From Flavobacteriales bacterium (GTDB lineage Bacteria; Bacteroidota; Bacteroidia; Flavobacteriales_F; PHOS-HE28), in assembly GCA_020635715.1 (NCBI GenBank), contig JACJZG010000011.1, positions 78,587 to 142,586 of the forward strand: a stretch of 64,000 nt of DNA, given 5' to 3'. The notes under the pieces are model-generated. The model ran no database searches. It was not told where the DNA came from and saw only the letters and a program-made list of their open reading frames with translations. A program made the position numbers and the translations under genes. Shown here one piece after another: positions 55,693 to 64,000 of this stretch (position 1 is the stretch's first letter; each line of letters begins with the position of its first letter).

Positions 55693-56937
55693 ATGAGTGG
55701 ACCGACGGGATTCGAACAAGCGGTGAAGGAGGCGCTCGAGCCGTACGAGGTGCCCTACAATTCCGCTGACTGGAGCCATCTTGAGCGGGCGCTCGATGGT
55801 CGCACGGATGATGTGGCGCGGGTGTCGCGTTCCGGGCTTTACGCGTTGCTGATCGGTGGATCACTGGCGGCAGTGAGCAGCTTCCTGATCCTGACGGCTC
55901 CGGACCTGCCCGCGGTCAATGAGCCCTTGGCCGAGAACACGACACTGCCACCAGCCCACGTGGCCACCACGGCAAATGCCGCGAACGATGGTGCGGAGGA
56001 TGTCCAGCAGCCGACCACCGAGGTCCCCTTGAAGGAGGCCGTGAGGGTTCCGGTGGAGCAGGAGACCGCAGCCCACGAACCGCAGCGGTCGGAGATCACG
56101 AGCAGCACGGCAGCGGCGGTACTGGTGAAGCCCACGCCCATCCACCCGATGAGCCATGAGCCGGTGGTGAAGCCGAGCATCACGGAGGGTTGTCCAGGTT
56201 CCGTGATCGACTTCGAGGCCGAGAACGTGTCCGGCGAAGGCATGTACCTCTGGAACTTCGGGGATGGCAGCTTCTCCAACAAGCCGAAGCCGAGCCACGT
56301 CTTCTCCAAGTCGGGAAGCTTTGAGGTCATGCTCTCGCATTCCACCTCCGATGGGGGCGGGATCCGGAACAAGGCGGTGGCGGACCGTATCGTGATCCAC
56401 GAGGCACCGGAAGCCTCGTTCAACGTGTTGAAACAGGAGTACGACAACACGGTGCCTTCGATCCATTTCGAGAACCGCAGTCTGGGCGGACAGTCCTACC
56501 TCTGGGATTTCGGTGACGGCAGCACGAGCACCATCGCCCATCCGGACCACATCTACAAGAAGGCGGGGGTGTACACCGTGAACCTGGCCGTGGTGAACGG
56601 CAACGGCTGCGAGGATCGTGCCGAGCGGACCGTGCGTATTGAGAACGACTATAACCTGGACGCTCCCGGAACCTTCTCACCGAACGGTGATGGCACCGAC
56701 GACGTCTTCATTCCGGAGGCGTTGAAGACCCTGGGCGCCCGTTTCGTGCTTACGGTGATGGAGTCCAAGACCGGCGTGGTGGTGTACGAGACGAACGATC
56801 CGCAGCGGCCCTGGAACGGCAAGATCGCCAATAAGGGGGATGCCTGCCCGCAAGGGGAGTATGTGTGGATGGTGGAGATGAAGGATGGGGAGAAGTTGGG
56901 GGGCACCTACACCGGTAGCATTCAATTGGTGCGTTAG
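55693..56937 (+). CDS. Membrane-anchored PKD-domain protein with a T9SS type B (CHU_C) sorting domain; candidate anti-sigma partner
   Basis: It starts 13 nt after the sigma stop. About 47 hydrophilic N-terminal residues, then one TM segment (LYALLIGGSLAAVSSFLILTA). Two PKD units (WNFGDGSFS...; WDFGDGSTS...). C-terminus APGTFSPNGDGTDDVFIPE...RPWNGK...GEYVWMVEM...GSIQLVR. Confidence 0.75.
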   Translation: MSGPTGFEQAVKEALEPYEVPYNSADWSHLERALDGRTDDVARVSRSGLYALLIGGSLAAVSSFLILTAPDLPAVNEPLAENTTLPPAHVATTANAANDGAEDVQQPTTEVPLKEAVRVPVEQETAAHEPQRSEITSSTAAAVLVKPTPIHPMSHEPVVKPSITEGCPGSVIDFEAENVSGEGMYLWNFGDGSFSNKPKPSHVFSKSGSFEVMLSHSTSDGGGIRNKAVADRIVIHEAPEASFNVLKQEYDNTVPSIHFENRSLGGQSYLWDFGDGSTSTIAHPDHIYKKAGVYTVNLAVVNGNGCEDRAERTVRIENDYNLDAPGTFSPNGDGTDDVFIPEALKTLGARFVLTVMESKTGVVVYETNDPQRPWNGKIANKGDACPQGEYVWMVEMKDGEKLGGTYTGSIQLVR

Positions 56938-56964
56938 TTCTTTCGTTGACAAAGGCCCTTATTG

Positions 56965-56998
56965 GATCCCCCGAGCCAGCTCGGGGGATCTATTTTTG
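56965..56998 (+). terminator. Rho-independent terminator after the sigma/PKD pair
   Basis: gatcccccgag ccag ctcgggggatc followed by TATTTTTG. Confidence 0.6.
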
Positions 56999-57089
56999 TA
57001 GGGCAAGGCAACGGACCAGGCGTGGGCAGGGTCACTTGTCCAGCCGGTCAATGATCACCTCCCAATCGGCCATCCCAACACGGAGCATA

Positions 57090-60000
57090 ATGGAGAAGAA
57101 GCTCTACACGCGGCTATTCCTCATCCCCCTCCTTTTCCTTCTCGTTCACATCGCCCAGGCGCAGCAATTCAGCATTACCGCTGGTAGCGTGACCACCTGT
57201 GCCGGGGTGCTGGAGGATTCCGGGGGGCCTTCCGCGTCCTATGGGGACAACGAGAACTACACGGTGGTGATATGCCCGGACAATCCGGGCGATGGCATTT
57301 CCCTTCAGTGGATCGTGGCCAACTTGAGCCTGGCGGGACCGAACAACACCCAGGACCGATTGATGATCTGGGATGGGGACAACACCAGTGCCACCCCGTT
57401 GGGAGATTACACGGGCTCTGCGCTTCAAGGGCTGATCGTTTCCGCCACCACGTTCAACACGACCGGCTGTCTTACCGTGCGTTTTATTTCGAACGGAACG
57501 GGCACAGGAGACTTCGCCGCTTCCATCACCTGCTTCACCCCTTGTGAGCGCCCTGTGGCGGTGGCTTCGATGAGTGAGGCCGTTCCTGCGCTGGTATGCG
57601 TTGGTGAGCAGGTCTCCTTCGACGGCAACGCCTCCTTCGCGGCTCCCGGATTCAACATCACCTCCTACACGTGGGACTTTGACGATGGGACCACGGCCAC
57701 CGGCCCGACCTCCAGCCATGCGTTCTCGATCCCCGGAGAGTACATCGTACAGTTGAACCTGGTGGATGACAACGACTGCGTGAATTCGAACGTGGTGGAC
57801 CTACAGGTTTTGGTGAGCACCACGCCGCTCTTCGCTGGTACGGTGCAGAGTGTGGAGACCTGCCTGGGTGCGACCGTGGACCTTTCAGCTATCGTAACTC
57901 CAGTGACCTGGACGGGTATCCCGGACGCGAACTTCGGGGAAGGGGTCTTCCTACCCGATGATGTGGGACAGCCCTTCACCTCCGACCTCAGCTTCACCCA
58001 GTTCGATCCCGGACAATCCATCCAGAGCGTGAGCAACATCCTGTCCATCTGTGTGGAGATGGAGCATTCGTACATGGGGGATCTGGTATTGCAGGTGATC
58101 TGTCCGAACGGTCAGACCATGATCTTCCACCAACAAGGTGGAGGTGGCACCTACTTGGGTGCGCCGAACGATACGGACAGCAACCAGAACCCGATCCCGG
58201 GGGAATGTTGGGAGTACTGCTGGAGCCCGACCGCCACGAACGGCACCTGGGTGGACAACTCGAACCAAGGCAGCCAGAACACCACCTCTGCCGGTACGCC
58301 GCCCGCACAATCCTTGAACCCGGGCACCTACGAGCCGGTACAGCCTTTCACCAACCTTGTGGGGTGCCCATTGAATGGTGAGTGGACCTACCAGAGCACC
58401 GATCTCTGGGGAGCGGACAACGGATTCATCTGTTCCTGGTCGATCAACTTTGACCCGAACATCATTCCGGATGTGACCCAGTTCACCCCTAACCTTGGGA
58501 CGGCCACCTTGGATAGTGCGGGATGGTCGGGTCCTGAACTGACCCAGGACCCGGTGGTCCCGTTGAACGCGACGGCCACGCCAAGCGGCCCGGGGACCTA
58601 CCCTTACACCTTCTTCGTAACGGACGACTTCGGTTGCTCCTACGACACGACGATCACGATCATCATCGATCCCCAGATCGTGCTGGATGCGGGACCGGAT
58701 ATGGTGCTGTGTTCCGATCCGCTACCGATGGCAGGTGCGATCGTTGCCAATGGTCCTCCTCCCACCTGCACTTGGGAGCTGCTTCTTCTGGAATCCTGGG
58801 GAGACGGCTGGAACGGTGGTGCGAACCTTATGGTGACGATCGATGGCAATGTCACGAACTATTCCGTGCCCAGCGGTCCGGAAGAAGTACCGATATCCTT
58901 GAGCGTGGAGACCGGCCAATCGATCGAACTGTTCTATACAGCTGGCACCTCATTCAATAACGAGAATTCCTTCACGCTCACGGATGATGCTGGCAATGAG
59001 GTCTACGCTTCGCCGAACGGACCAGCCACCGGGCTGGCATACAGCGGAACGGTGGTGTGTGGCGGTGGTAGCACCCCGTTCGTGTTCGAGTGGTCGCCGG
59101 TTGATGGTCTGACAGACCCTACGGACCCGAACACGGATGTGTACGTGACCGAGCCGACCTGGTTCTATCTCTCCTCCTACCCCACCGGCCATCCGGAATG
59201 TGCGGTGATGGACAGTGTGCTGGTGAGCCCCGACCCCTCGATCAACGCAGGCCTTCCGGCATCCATCATCATCTGTGAGAGCGATCCGGTGATCTCGATG
59301 CTTGATTCGCTGCAGGGGAACCCGGACCTCGACGGCACATGGACGAACTCCGCGGGAGCGGCCGTACCGGACGCGTTCGACCCGACGATTGATCCCGCGG
59401 ACACGTACACCTACACCGTGACCAGTGCTGCTGGTTGCCAGGCTACGAGCACTTTGGATATCGGGGTGCTCGCGGCGGATGACCCGACATGTTGCGGGGT
59501 GGTCGATGCCGGACCGAACACTTTCTCGTGCGATCTGACCACCATCCTCACCGCGGTGCGGGGCAACACCGGCGTTGGCAATTGGGATGGACCGGCGGGG
59601 GCGGTCTTTGAAGATGCCTATAACAATGTGACGATGGTGACGGTGCAGCCCGGGATGGGCGGCCCGCAGATGTTCTACTGGGTGGAGAACGATGGTGCGT
59701 TCTGTGACCTCATCGATAGCGTGGAGATCGTCTTCACGGAACCTTACGTGTTCACTCCCACCATCACAGATGCACTTTGCTATGGCTACTGTGATGGCGC
59801 CATCGACGTGGTGGTTACCGGTGGCAATGCGGCCGCTGACCTTGAATACGTGTGGTCGAACGGCGATAGCGGCCCTGGCCTGGCATCGGTCAGCGATCTA
59901 TGCGCTGGCACGCACACCTTGATCGTCACGGACGATAATGGCTGTGCAGGGACCTTCGAGATGACCGTGAACGAACCTGAGCTGCTGCAGGTGGATTCGG

Positions 60001-60749
60001 TGACGAGCACCCCCGTGACCTGTTCCGGGGACTGTGATGGCACGGTCACGATCCATGATGTCGCTGCTGTTCTATACAGCTTCGACAATGGCGATAGCTG
60101 GGGCACCGATGCGGTCCGTACCGAGGCCTGCGAGGGTATCTGGGTGGTCCGTATCAAGGATGCGGATGGCTGCATCGGCCTTGCGAGCGAAGAAGTGACA
60201 GGTCCACCACCTGTCGTGGCCTCGTTCATCTGGGGTCCGCAACCGGCCAATGTGGATGCCCCGACTATCACCTTCTCGAACACCTCCACGGGAGCCGACC
60301 ATTACTTCTGGAACGTGGATGAGCAGTACTCCACCACCGACCTGAACACGGTATTCACCTTCAGCAACAAGGAACCCGACACCTACCAGGTATGCCTGAC
60401 GGCATACAACTACAACGAATGCGTGGATACCGTGTGCAACGACATCGTGATCGACGATGTGCTCTTCACCTATATACCGAACGCCTTCACACCCGATGGG
60501 GATGGCGAGAACGATGCGTGGTGGCCCACGGCCAATATCCCGGTGCGCACGAACTATGAACTGCTCGTGTTCGACCGTTGGGGCCAGGTGGTGTTCAGCA
60601 CGACCGATCCGTACAAGGCGTGGGAGGGCAGCTTCCAGAACAGCGGTGAGGTGTTGAAGAGCGATGTGTATGCCTACCGATTGCTTTATGGCGTGGGTAA
60701 CACAGAGGCCCGCAAGGAGATCCTCGGCCATGTGACGTTGATGAAGTGA
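57090..60749 (+). CDS. Giant T9SS type B cargo: CUB-like - PKD - proprotein-convertase P-domain - GDGWNG module - SprB-type repeats - PKD - CHU_C
   Basis: ATG 57090 gives the signal peptide MEKKLYTRLFLIPLLFLLVHIAQAQQ. MEHSYMGDLVLQVICPNGQT (P-domain signature). WGDGWNGG. CYGYCDGAIDVVVTGG (SprB repeat). C-terminus IPNAFTPDGDGENDAW...FDRWGQVVF...WEGSF. Confidence 0.82.
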   Translation: MEKKLYTRLFLIPLLFLLVHIAQAQQFSITAGSVTTCAGVLEDSGGPSASYGDNENYTVVICPDNPGDGISLQWIVANLSLAGPNNTQDRLMIWDGDNTSATPLGDYTGSALQGLIVSATTFNTTGCLTVRFISNGTGTGDFAASITCFTPCERPVAVASMSEAVPALVCVGEQVSFDGNASFAAPGFNITSYTWDFDDGTTATGPTSSHAFSIPGEYIVQLNLVDDNDCVNSNVVDLQVLVSTTPLFAGTVQSVETCLGATVDLSAIVTPVTWTGIPDANFGEGVFLPDDVGQPFTSDLSFTQFDPGQSIQSVSNILSICVEMEHSYMGDLVLQVICPNGQTMIFHQQGGGGTYLGAPNDTDSNQNPIPGECWEYCWSPTATNGTWVDNSNQGSQNTTSAGTPPAQSLNPGTYEPVQPFTNLVGCPLNGEWTYQSTDLWGADNGFICSWSINFDPNIIPDVTQFTPNLGTATLDSAGWSGPELTQDPVVPLNATATPSGPGTYPYTFFVTDDFGCSYDTTITIIIDPQIVLDAGPDMVLCSDPLPMAGAIVANGPPPTCTWELLLLESWGDGWNGGANLMVTIDGNVTNYSVPSGPEEVPISLSVETGQSIELFYTAGTSFNNENSFTLTDDAGNEVYASPNGPATGLAYSGTVVCGGGSTPFVFEWSPVDGLTDPTDPNTDVYVTEPTWFYLSSYPTGHPECAVMDSVLVSPDPSINAGLPASIIICESDPVISMLDSLQGNPDLDGTWTNSAGAAVPDAFDPTIDPADTYTYTVTSAAGCQATSTLDIGVLAADDPTCCGVVDAGPNTFSCDLTTILTAVRGNTGVGNWDGPAGAVFEDAYNNVTMVTVQPGMGGPQMFYWVENDGAFCDLIDSVEIVFTEPYVFTPTITDALCYGYCDGAIDVVVTGGNAAADLEYVWSNGDSGPGLASVSDLCAGTHTLIVTDDNGCAGTFEMTVNEPELLQVDSVTSTPVTCSGDCDGTVTIHDVAAVLYSFDNGDSWGTDAVRTEACEGIWVVRIKDADGCIGLASEEVTGPPPVVASFIWGPQPANVDAPTITFSNTSTGADHYFWNVDEQYSTTDLNTVFTFSNKEPDTYQVCLTAYNYNECVDTVCNDIVIDDVLFTYIPNAFTPDGDGENDAWWPTANIPVRTNYELLVFDRWGQVVFSTTDPYKAWEGSFQNSGEVLKSDVYAYRLLYGVGNTEARKEILGHVTLMK

Positions 60750-60837
60750 CCCACCTGCAAGCTCCTGTTCGGCTGTGACTTCGGCACTTCGACCAGACCC
60801 TTCTTTCGCGGAAACCTCGCGTCGAAGCGCAACGTCC

Positions 60838-63800
60838 TTGCGTATCTCGCTCGCATCGTTGGTGATCCTGTTCCATGTCCTCTGCCAGCAGAGCATGGGT
60901 CAAACGGCGTACCTCATCAACGGTGGGAATGTCACGGATTGTTATGGGATCCTGGGAACAACCGGAGGTGTGGATGGCGAGGAGTATGGGAACAATGAGG
61001 ACCACACCATCACCATATGCCCAGGAACACCCGGAGTTTCCGTCAGGCTTACATTCAACGGATTCTCGTTGAGCACCGATGGATCGGGGCCGGGGGACCA
61101 GATGAGCTTCTTCGATGGATCGGACACCGGTGCGCCTCTCATCGGCTCGTACGGAGGGAACGAGTTGAACGGCAGCATCATTGCCGCAACGCCTGATAAT
61201 CCGTCCGGATGTGTGACCGTGCGGTTCACTTCGAACGAGACCGGAACAGGGACCTTCAGCGCCTTCATCGATTGCTATGATCCTTGTTGGCCGCCTACGG
61301 CCGACGCAGTGATCATTGGAGAGACCCTTCCTGCCATGGTGTGCCTGGGGGAGGTGTTGGACTTCGACGGTGGTCCATCTTTCGCTCATCCAGGAAGAAC
61401 CATCACCAACTATTCATGGGACATGAATGACGGTACGGTCCTTACCGGTCAATCCGTGTCCCATGGATTCGCAGAACCCGGCGAGTACCAAGTTGAACTC
61501 GTTGTGACGGATGACGTGGGATGCACGAACAATTTCCAGTTGGTTGTCCCTGTCCGGGTCGGCACGGTTCCGACATTCGAGGGTGTAGCCATTTCTGCAA
61601 GCGAGATATGCAGAGGGGGAGAGGTGACCTTGAACGGGGCGGTCACCAGCCCTGTATGGAGCAATCTTCCGCAGCCGTTCATTGAAGGTTTGACCGAACT
61701 GCCAGATGGCAGTGGCGTCACCTACGAATCGGAAATGTCGGTGAGTGGGTTCCCATTCGGCACAGTGGTGAGTAACCCGACCGATGTGGCTTCCGTCTGC
61801 ATCGTGATGGAGCACTCGTACATGGGTGACCTGGTCGTGAACCTAGAAAGTCCGAACGGCGCGCAGGTGTTGTTGTTCAATGGCAACCCCGGGGGGGCCA
61901 TCTATCTGGGTGGAGCGAATAATCTTGATGACCTCACCCCCGGTGAGGGATGGTTGTATTGCTTTCAGAACACGGCCACACTGGGAACCTTGGCCGCTGA
62001 AGCGGTTGCTGGCAATACGGTTATCGGCGGGAGCAACCCGCCGGACGATGCCATGCCCGCAGGAACGTATACTTCCGAAGGTTCCTTCACCGGATTCATT
62101 GGAACCGAATTGAATGGCACATGGACCTTGTCCATGTTGGACGATGCATTCATTGATGATGGCTTCATCTTCGAGTGGTATATCACCTTCAACCCACTCC
62201 TCTATCCTGATATCGTGAGCTTTGCTCCGGTATATGGCATGGGACCGGACTCTACGTTCTGGAGCGGTCCTGATATCACTGGAATGGACCCTGGAGGAGA
62301 TGCCATCACGGTAATACCAGCCACCGTTGGTCCTCTGTCATACACCTACACGGCTATCAACGACTTCGGGTGCACATACGATACGACGATCACCATCAAT
62401 TCGCTACCGCCACCCGTTGTCGACGTCACTTCGACACAAGGCATCTGCACCGAGCAAGCCGAGCTAATGGCCTCTATAGTGGCCAACCCGCCGCCTCCCC
62501 TGCCCTGCTCATACAGCCTGATCCTGAACGACTCGCAAGGTGATGGATGGAACGGTGGCGCCCATTTGACGATCACCGTCAACGGTCAAGCGACCGACTA
62601 CACATTGGCCTCGGGCAGCACCATCACCATACAGGTCGAAGTCCCGTTCGGCACACCTTTCCAAATGAACTACACGGCAGGCACGATCTGGAACGGTGAG
62701 AACTCCTTCCAGTTGATCTCTCCCGCCGGCACCATCATCTACTCCTCCCCGAACGGCCCCTTGACAGGCAACGTGTGGAGCGGCGCCGGGGTTTGTGCGA
62801 TCGTACCACCGGTGACCTACACGTGGACGCCGAACAATGCTGTTTCGGCAAACAACATCCCGAACCCGACCACGACCATCAGCGCGCCCACCTTCTATAC
62901 CGTGGCCATCTACCCGATTGGCCAACCCTGGTGCACCACGCAGGACACGATCACGGTGGAACCGCCGTCGGTCCTGGAGAACGATAGCCTGGTAACAGAT
63001 GTGCTTTGCAACGGCGGGACCGGGACTGTGGAGATCAACACCATCGGACTGGGTGGGCCATGGAACTACCGCTGGACCGATGCGACGAATACCGTGGTCA
63101 GGGAGGTGGGTCCATTGAACGGTGATGTGTTGACCGCAACCGCCGGCGACTACAGTGTGGTCGTTACCGAAGGCCCGAACGGGAACGGCTGTTCGGACAC
63201 GGTGCATGTGACCATCACGGAGCCTCCGTTGCTCGTGTGGACCCTCGTTCCTGTAGACACGATGATCTGCCTGGACGGTTCGGCCATGCTCGCCGCCGAG
63301 ACCGAGGGAGGAACCGCACCGGTCTCCTATGTCTGGGATCAGGGACTTGTGGGTCCGGGTCCGCACTCGGTGAGTCCTGTGGATAGCACGGTATACACGG
63401 TCCATGCGGTGGATGCCCATGATTGCATGACCAGCCCGGTGGCCGTGCTCGTTGGTGTGCGGGACAGCCTGTGGTTTGACCCGCTCGTGGACTTCGAGCA
63501 GTGCAGCGGAGTGCCGTTCGACCTGCAGGTGGTGAACATTGTTGGCGGCGATGGCGCCTACGGGTATGATTGGAGTTCCGGCAATTCCACGGACGCCCTA
63601 CTGACCGACTCCCTCCTGGATGATGCCACCTATTGCGTAACGGTCACGGACGGCTGCGAAACACCACCGATCACCTCGTGCACGGACATCACGGTCTTGC
63701 ACACCCCTGCCTTCGAGTTGACCACTGACACAGTATTGGGTTGCCGGCCCTTCGAAGTCGCTTTCGCCCTGCGGGACACCACGGGCGGCGCGCTGGTCGC

Positions 63801-64000
63801 CTGGCGTTTCGGCGAGGGGGAGAGCGCGATCGCCGGACCCTTGTTGTCACACCTGTACAACCGTTCGGGCACCTTTGATGTGAGCACGGAGGTCACCTGG
63901 CCCAACGGCTGCGTCACGGACAGCACTTGGACCGACCTGATCACGGTGATCCCGGTGCCGAAGCCGGCGTTCTCCTATTCCCCGGAACCGCTTACGATCT
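60838..64000 (+). CDS. Second giant paralog (same CUB-like - PKD - P-domain - GDGWNG - repeat order), 3' end outside the window; absent from the ORF track
   Basis: Frame 1 is open, with no stop codon, from 60745 to the window end (translated by hand). TTG 60838 gives the signal-like MRISLASLVILFHVLCQQ. MEHSYMGDLVVNLESPNGAQ, QGDGWNGGAHL and PKD units WDMNDGT / WRFGEGES. Confidence 0.75.
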   Translation, partial: MRISLASLVILFHVLCQQSMGQTAYLINGGNVTDCYGILGTTGGVDGEEYGNNEDHTITICPGTPGVSVRLTFNGFSLSTDGSGPGDQMSFFDGSDTGAPLIGSYGGNELNGSIIAATPDNPSGCVTVRFTSNETGTGTFSAFIDCYDPCWPPTADAVIIGETLPAMVCLGEVLDFDGGPSFAHPGRTITNYSWDMNDGTVLTGQSVSHGFAEPGEYQVELVVTDDVGCTNNFQLVVPVRVGTVPTFEGVAISASEICRGGEVTLNGAVTSPVWSNLPQPFIEGLTELPDGSGVTYESEMSVSGFPFGTVVSNPTDVASVCIVMEHSYMGDLVVNLESPNGAQVLLFNGNPGGAIYLGGANNLDDLTPGEGWLYCFQNTATLGTLAAEAVAGNTVIGGSNPPDDAMPAGTYTSEGSFTGFIGTELNGTWTLSMLDDAFIDDGFIFEWYITFNPLLYPDIVSFAPVYGMGPDSTFWSGPDITGMDPGGDAITVIPATVGPLSYTYTAINDFGCTYDTTITINSLPPPVVDVTSTQGICTEQAELMASIVANPPPPLPCSYSLILNDSQGDGWNGGAHLTITVNGQATDYTLASGSTITIQVEVPFGTPFQMNYTAGTIWNGENSFQLISPAGTIIYSSPNGPLTGNVWSGAGVCAIVPPVTYTWTPNNAVSANNIPNPTTTISAPTFYTVAIYPIGQPWCTTQDTITVEPPSVLENDSLVTDVLCNGGTGTVEINTIGLGGPWNYRWTDATNTVVREVGPLNGDVLTATAGDYSVVVTEGPNGNGCSDTVHVTITEPPLLVWTLVPVDTMICLDGSAMLAAETEGGTAPVSYVWDQGLVGPGPHSVSPVDSTVYTVHAVDAHDCMTSPVAVLVGVRDSLWFDPLVDFEQCSGVPFDLQVVNIVGGDGAYGYDWSSGNSTDALLTDSLLDDATYCVTVTDGCETPPITSCTDITVLHTPAFELTTDTVLGCRPFEVAFALRDTTGGALVAWRFGEGESAIAGPLLSHLYNRSGTFDVSTEVTWPNGCVTDSTWTDLITVIPVPKPAFSYSPEPLTI

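Noticed and set aside
60595-63420. Minus-strand ORFs of 264, 133, 303 and 108 aa listed in the last 3.4 kb.
   Set aside because: They are shadow frames opposite the open + strand frame, which encodes a protein collinear with the upstream paralog. Their translations are Arg/Gly/His-rich with no motifs.

Overview
GC-rich Bacteroidota-type chromosomal segment. The phylum call rests on a SecDF fusion, a type III glutamine synthetase, T9SS type A and type B C-terminal sorting domains, a TAnnTTTG-type promoter motif, and the conserved rpsU-xerC-hpf-tRNA-tuf neighbourhood. The centre of the window (19.6-33.0 kb, minus strand) is the classic block tRNA-Thr/Tyr/Gly/Thr - tuf - tRNA-Trp - secE - nusG - rplK - rplA - rplJ - rplL - rpoB - rpoC - DUF3467. 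Ordinary housekeeping genes flank it: panB, dnaK, a CBS-type PLP enzyme, rpsU, acyl-CoA dehydrogenase, apt, pyrF, prfA, purM, glnN, tatA, secDF and mdh. These parts look ordinary. The accessory content is cell-surface and secreted. There is one large T9SS type A cargo gene at 6.3-10.1 kb and an FG-GAP/T9SS protein at 51.6-53.8 kb. At 55.0-64.0 kb lies a cluster of an ECF sigma factor, a membrane-anchored PKD protein carrying a T9SS type B sorting domain, and two tandem giant paralogs. The second paralog runs off the window end and is missing from the supplied ORF track. The most unusual direct observation is that about 20 single-base frame shifts, mostly at short homopolymers, fall in three patches. 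These patches are the 6.3-8.8 kb cargo gene, the 12.1-12.9 kb LolE/FtsX-like permease (which becomes artificially fused to the CBS gene), and 18.85-19.29 kb (patatin 3' end, a small ORF, DUF3467). The other genes, including about 8 kb of rpoBC, are uninterrupted. I cannot tell from sequence alone whether these shifts are unpolished assembly errors or real gene inactivation. No CRISPR array, transposase or prophage was seen. All calls come from by-eye translation and motif recognition; no searches were run.
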